Below, piece after piece: positions 61,593-64,000 of a stretch of DNA of 64,000 nucleotides. Position 1 is the first letter of the stretch. Every line of letters begins with the position of its first letter. Origin of the DNA: Kondoa subrosea (lineage: Eukaryota). A program made the translations under genes and the position numbers. The notes under the pieces were generated by a model. The model was not told where the DNA came from, searched no databases, and saw only the letters and a program-made list of their open reading frames with translations. The DNA lies in the NCBI GenBank assembly GCA_039545335.1, contig BCIN01000010.1, positions 1 through 64,000 on the forward strand. Reading direction: 5' to 3'.

Positions 61593-62609
61593 ATGTCGCA
61601 CTCTCATTCTCATTCGAACGATGGTAGCTGTAGTCATGAAGCCGATGATCACCTGAAAGATGAAGAAGGTGCGACCTGCGACGATCATCTATGAAGTCCC
61701 GAATCTGACATTGCATATCAGGTGAACAGGACAGCTTGTACGGCGTGATAGATAAGGAACGTACGTCTCCAATTCAATGCTTGTGTACCTGTGACATGCT
61801 GACCAGCGATGCAGACGTGGAAGCCCTCAATGAAGCGGAAGCCAACTCTGGACCTAGACTGATCAAACCGTGGCATGAGCGTAATGATGATACTTCTGTG
61901 AGTGCATCATCCTGCTACTTTTAATGCAGCTGATTGACAGTGAACAGTATGTCGAAAGTGATGCGGACGAGCAACTTATCGTGCGAAGCTAGTCATCTAT
62001 AATTCCCTATCTCGGTTGCACGAGCTAATATGCTGGTCGTAGAGTAGTTCCTTTCACTGCTACTGGTAAGTTCAATTGCATCTTTGTCATTCTCCATATG
62101 CTGAAATTGTATTAGCCAAAATCCGTTCTATACTTCTGCGAACCGAAGGCGATGACTCGACGCCTTTGCACATGCACGTCTTTGTTAATCCGGATCAAAT
62201 GGATTTCGATGATTGCGCGAACAAGGAACCGCAAGAGAAGATCGATGTAGTGCTTTCTTCTGAAGTGGTCGAATATCCAGTTAGACCGAGCAAGTTTCCA
62301 GCGTGAGTGGTGATGTGCTTCTTCAGCTTCGTGCTGATTTGAAAGTCGTCTCATCCACAGTTGTCATTCCATCACACTCTTCTTCCCTGACAATCGAGGA
62401 TCCGATACAACCAAACTCTACTACATAGGGTTCAAAGGTAGTTCTACTCTATACACCAGGGAAGCAGTCAATGTGGTTTACGAGGCACAGGCCAATCCTG
62501 CGTGAGTCTCCTGCGTGCGCTCTATAATTACGCGCAATCCTGAGCTTTTATTAGCGATCATCCGAAGATTCAAGGGATGGATGCTGCTCGCTCGAACTTG
62601 GGCAACTGA
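61593..62609 (+). CDS. PITH domain-containing protein (PITHD1-like)
   Basis: His-rich MSHSHSHSNDGSCSHE start, DSLYGVID, IKPWHER, YVESDADEQLI, PFTA, VEYPVRPSKF, TKLYYIGFKG and VYEAQANPADH. Confidence 0.88.
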
Positions 62610-62697
62610 GATAAAGAGTAACGGGAATGCAAATGGGAATAATAGCTGTAGATACTGAACTTGCATTCTCTTTTGTCATTGCCTTTCGTTCACAACC

Positions 62698-64000
62698 ATG
62701 TCGAATCCCGAAGAGCAGAATGTCGAGACAGTGTCAGAGCAGACGCAAGTCACTGAACATCAGCAAAGCGAGCCTCAAGCAGAACAGATACCAGCAACAA
62801 CAGAGTCTGGGGTTGCAACCGTTAAAGCGTCTGGGAATGAAGAAGGAGCTGCTCCTATAGTTGAAGAAGCTCCTCAGACTTCCTCACCAGTAGCAGAAGA
62901 GCCAGAGCCCATCCAAGAACAGGAGCAAGAACAAAAGCAGCCAGAGCCAGTCTCGCCAGCTACGAAAGCACTCGAGCTTGGGCAGGATTTCTTTTCAGTG
63001 TTTGGGTCTGTAGATGTACCGAATGAAGTGAGTGCTAGATCTATCTGAGTATACTGTAATGCTTATATGGTTATACAGGGTTCTGTATGTGATGCATGCG
63101 AATCGCGGGTAGGCAATACTCATCCTCTTATGGCAGCTACCTTTCCCTGGACCTACTTACGAGACGGCCAAGATGGCCCAAACTCTGCTGACAGAGAATC
63201 ACGTCAAATGGCATTGCTTTATGCATGAAACTGGTGGCCTTCACAACCATGTCTCGCATCACATTCTTGCTGCCTATAGCTTAGGTGCACCAATACATAC
63301 TTTACAAGCAGCCTATGAACTTCATTTACCTTCCATGCGACCTCTACAAGCGCCCAAATACAAGATAGACGAATTCAACTTCTCTCACTACTTGGGAGAG
63401 GACGAAGCATACTCGTCATACTTGGCTTTCTTCCACTTGAAAGTTCAGCAATCTTCCTCAGCTGAAGTCATTGAGCAATTCCTCTTCAGCGACAGTATCA
63501 ATCGAATTCTCGTTCGAATGGTTTCCGGTGCTATTCATCCTCTAATTCAAATGGGTTATGGGGTAGAGTTTGGCTTGGACGCACTAGTGTGCGAAGGGTT
63601 GGCTCAAGCTTGCGTACATTCCACAATGGCAAGTCAACTATTCCCATCTACTTGGCCCTTGAACAAAGCAGAACGCTTTCGCTCACCTTCAATCTCTACT
63701 TCTTTTTCTTCTTTCACTCAACGTTTAAGTACAATTACTGGAGGAAACAAGAAGATGAACTTCGCTGCAACTGCTAAATCAATGAATAAGAGTAGACAGA
63801 GAGTTAACAACTTGGGTTTGAGTGGGTTCACCATCTTGGCGCAATGTCTGAAAGATCCGGAGCTGGCTCCTGGTGCTGCTAATAAGATGGACGATTCGTC
63901 AAAGTTTACTTCTGCGTGCGTTTCTTGCGCCAGTGGTATCGGAGCATAAGCTGATTTTGAGAGTAGGTTGGAAAATAAGGGTGATGTGATCAGGAGATGG
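62698..64000 (+). CDS. Questin oxidase-like / AflY-HypA (DUF4243) oxidoreductase; runs off the window end
   Basis: HCFMHETGGLHNHVSHHILAAYSLGA, YLGEDEAYSSYLAFF and MVSGAIHPLIQMGYGVEFG...EGLAQACVH; acidic disordered first exon; 6-nt microexon at 63079-63084. Confidence 0.85.

Noticed and set aside
1..64000. Transposons, tRNA/rRNA genes, CRISPR arrays or an alternative genetic code
   Set aside because: No terminal repeats, RT/transposase motifs, arrays or RNA-gene signatures were seen. Conserved proteins translate normally, and the apparent in-frame stops examined fall in introns.

Overview
Eukaryotic, intron-dense and very compact fungal DNA. It is inferred to be a basidiomycete, probably Pucciniomycotina-like, from short GT-AG introns of about 50-60 nt, CTRAY-type branch sites, microexons and gene content. 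About 26 protein-coding genes are packed with intergenic gaps that are often under 250 bp. Housekeeping genes: COX18, PP5/PPT1, CTK1-type CDK, Zn2Cys6 TF, SAL1-type carrier, DCAF7-type WD40, UBC1, HRT3-type F-box, PMT4, HEATR6-like, KEL3, Rad60/Esc2-like, CDC55 and a PITH protein. Accessory or metabolic genes: DHA1 MFS transporter, secreted intradiol-dioxygenase-like protein, two ABCC transporters, secreted GH37 trehalase, choline sulfatase, GT64 glycosyltransferase and a questin-oxidase-like protein. The main result is a gene missed entirely by the ORF track: an 11-exon microexon gene at 57775-58655 that splices into a 109-aa, 20-Cys (9 CxC) metallothionein. It closes a small block of orphan genes, preceded by a stand-alone protein resembling the AsnRS N-terminal domain and an orphan 7-TM protein. 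Other oddities are an ATGA stop/start overlap between PP5 and COX18, a 34-bp head-to-head gene pair, and lesions in the catalytic ATP site of both ABCC paralogues. All exon structures were assembled by eye and no database searches were run. No RNA genes, mobile elements or CRISPR arrays were recognised.
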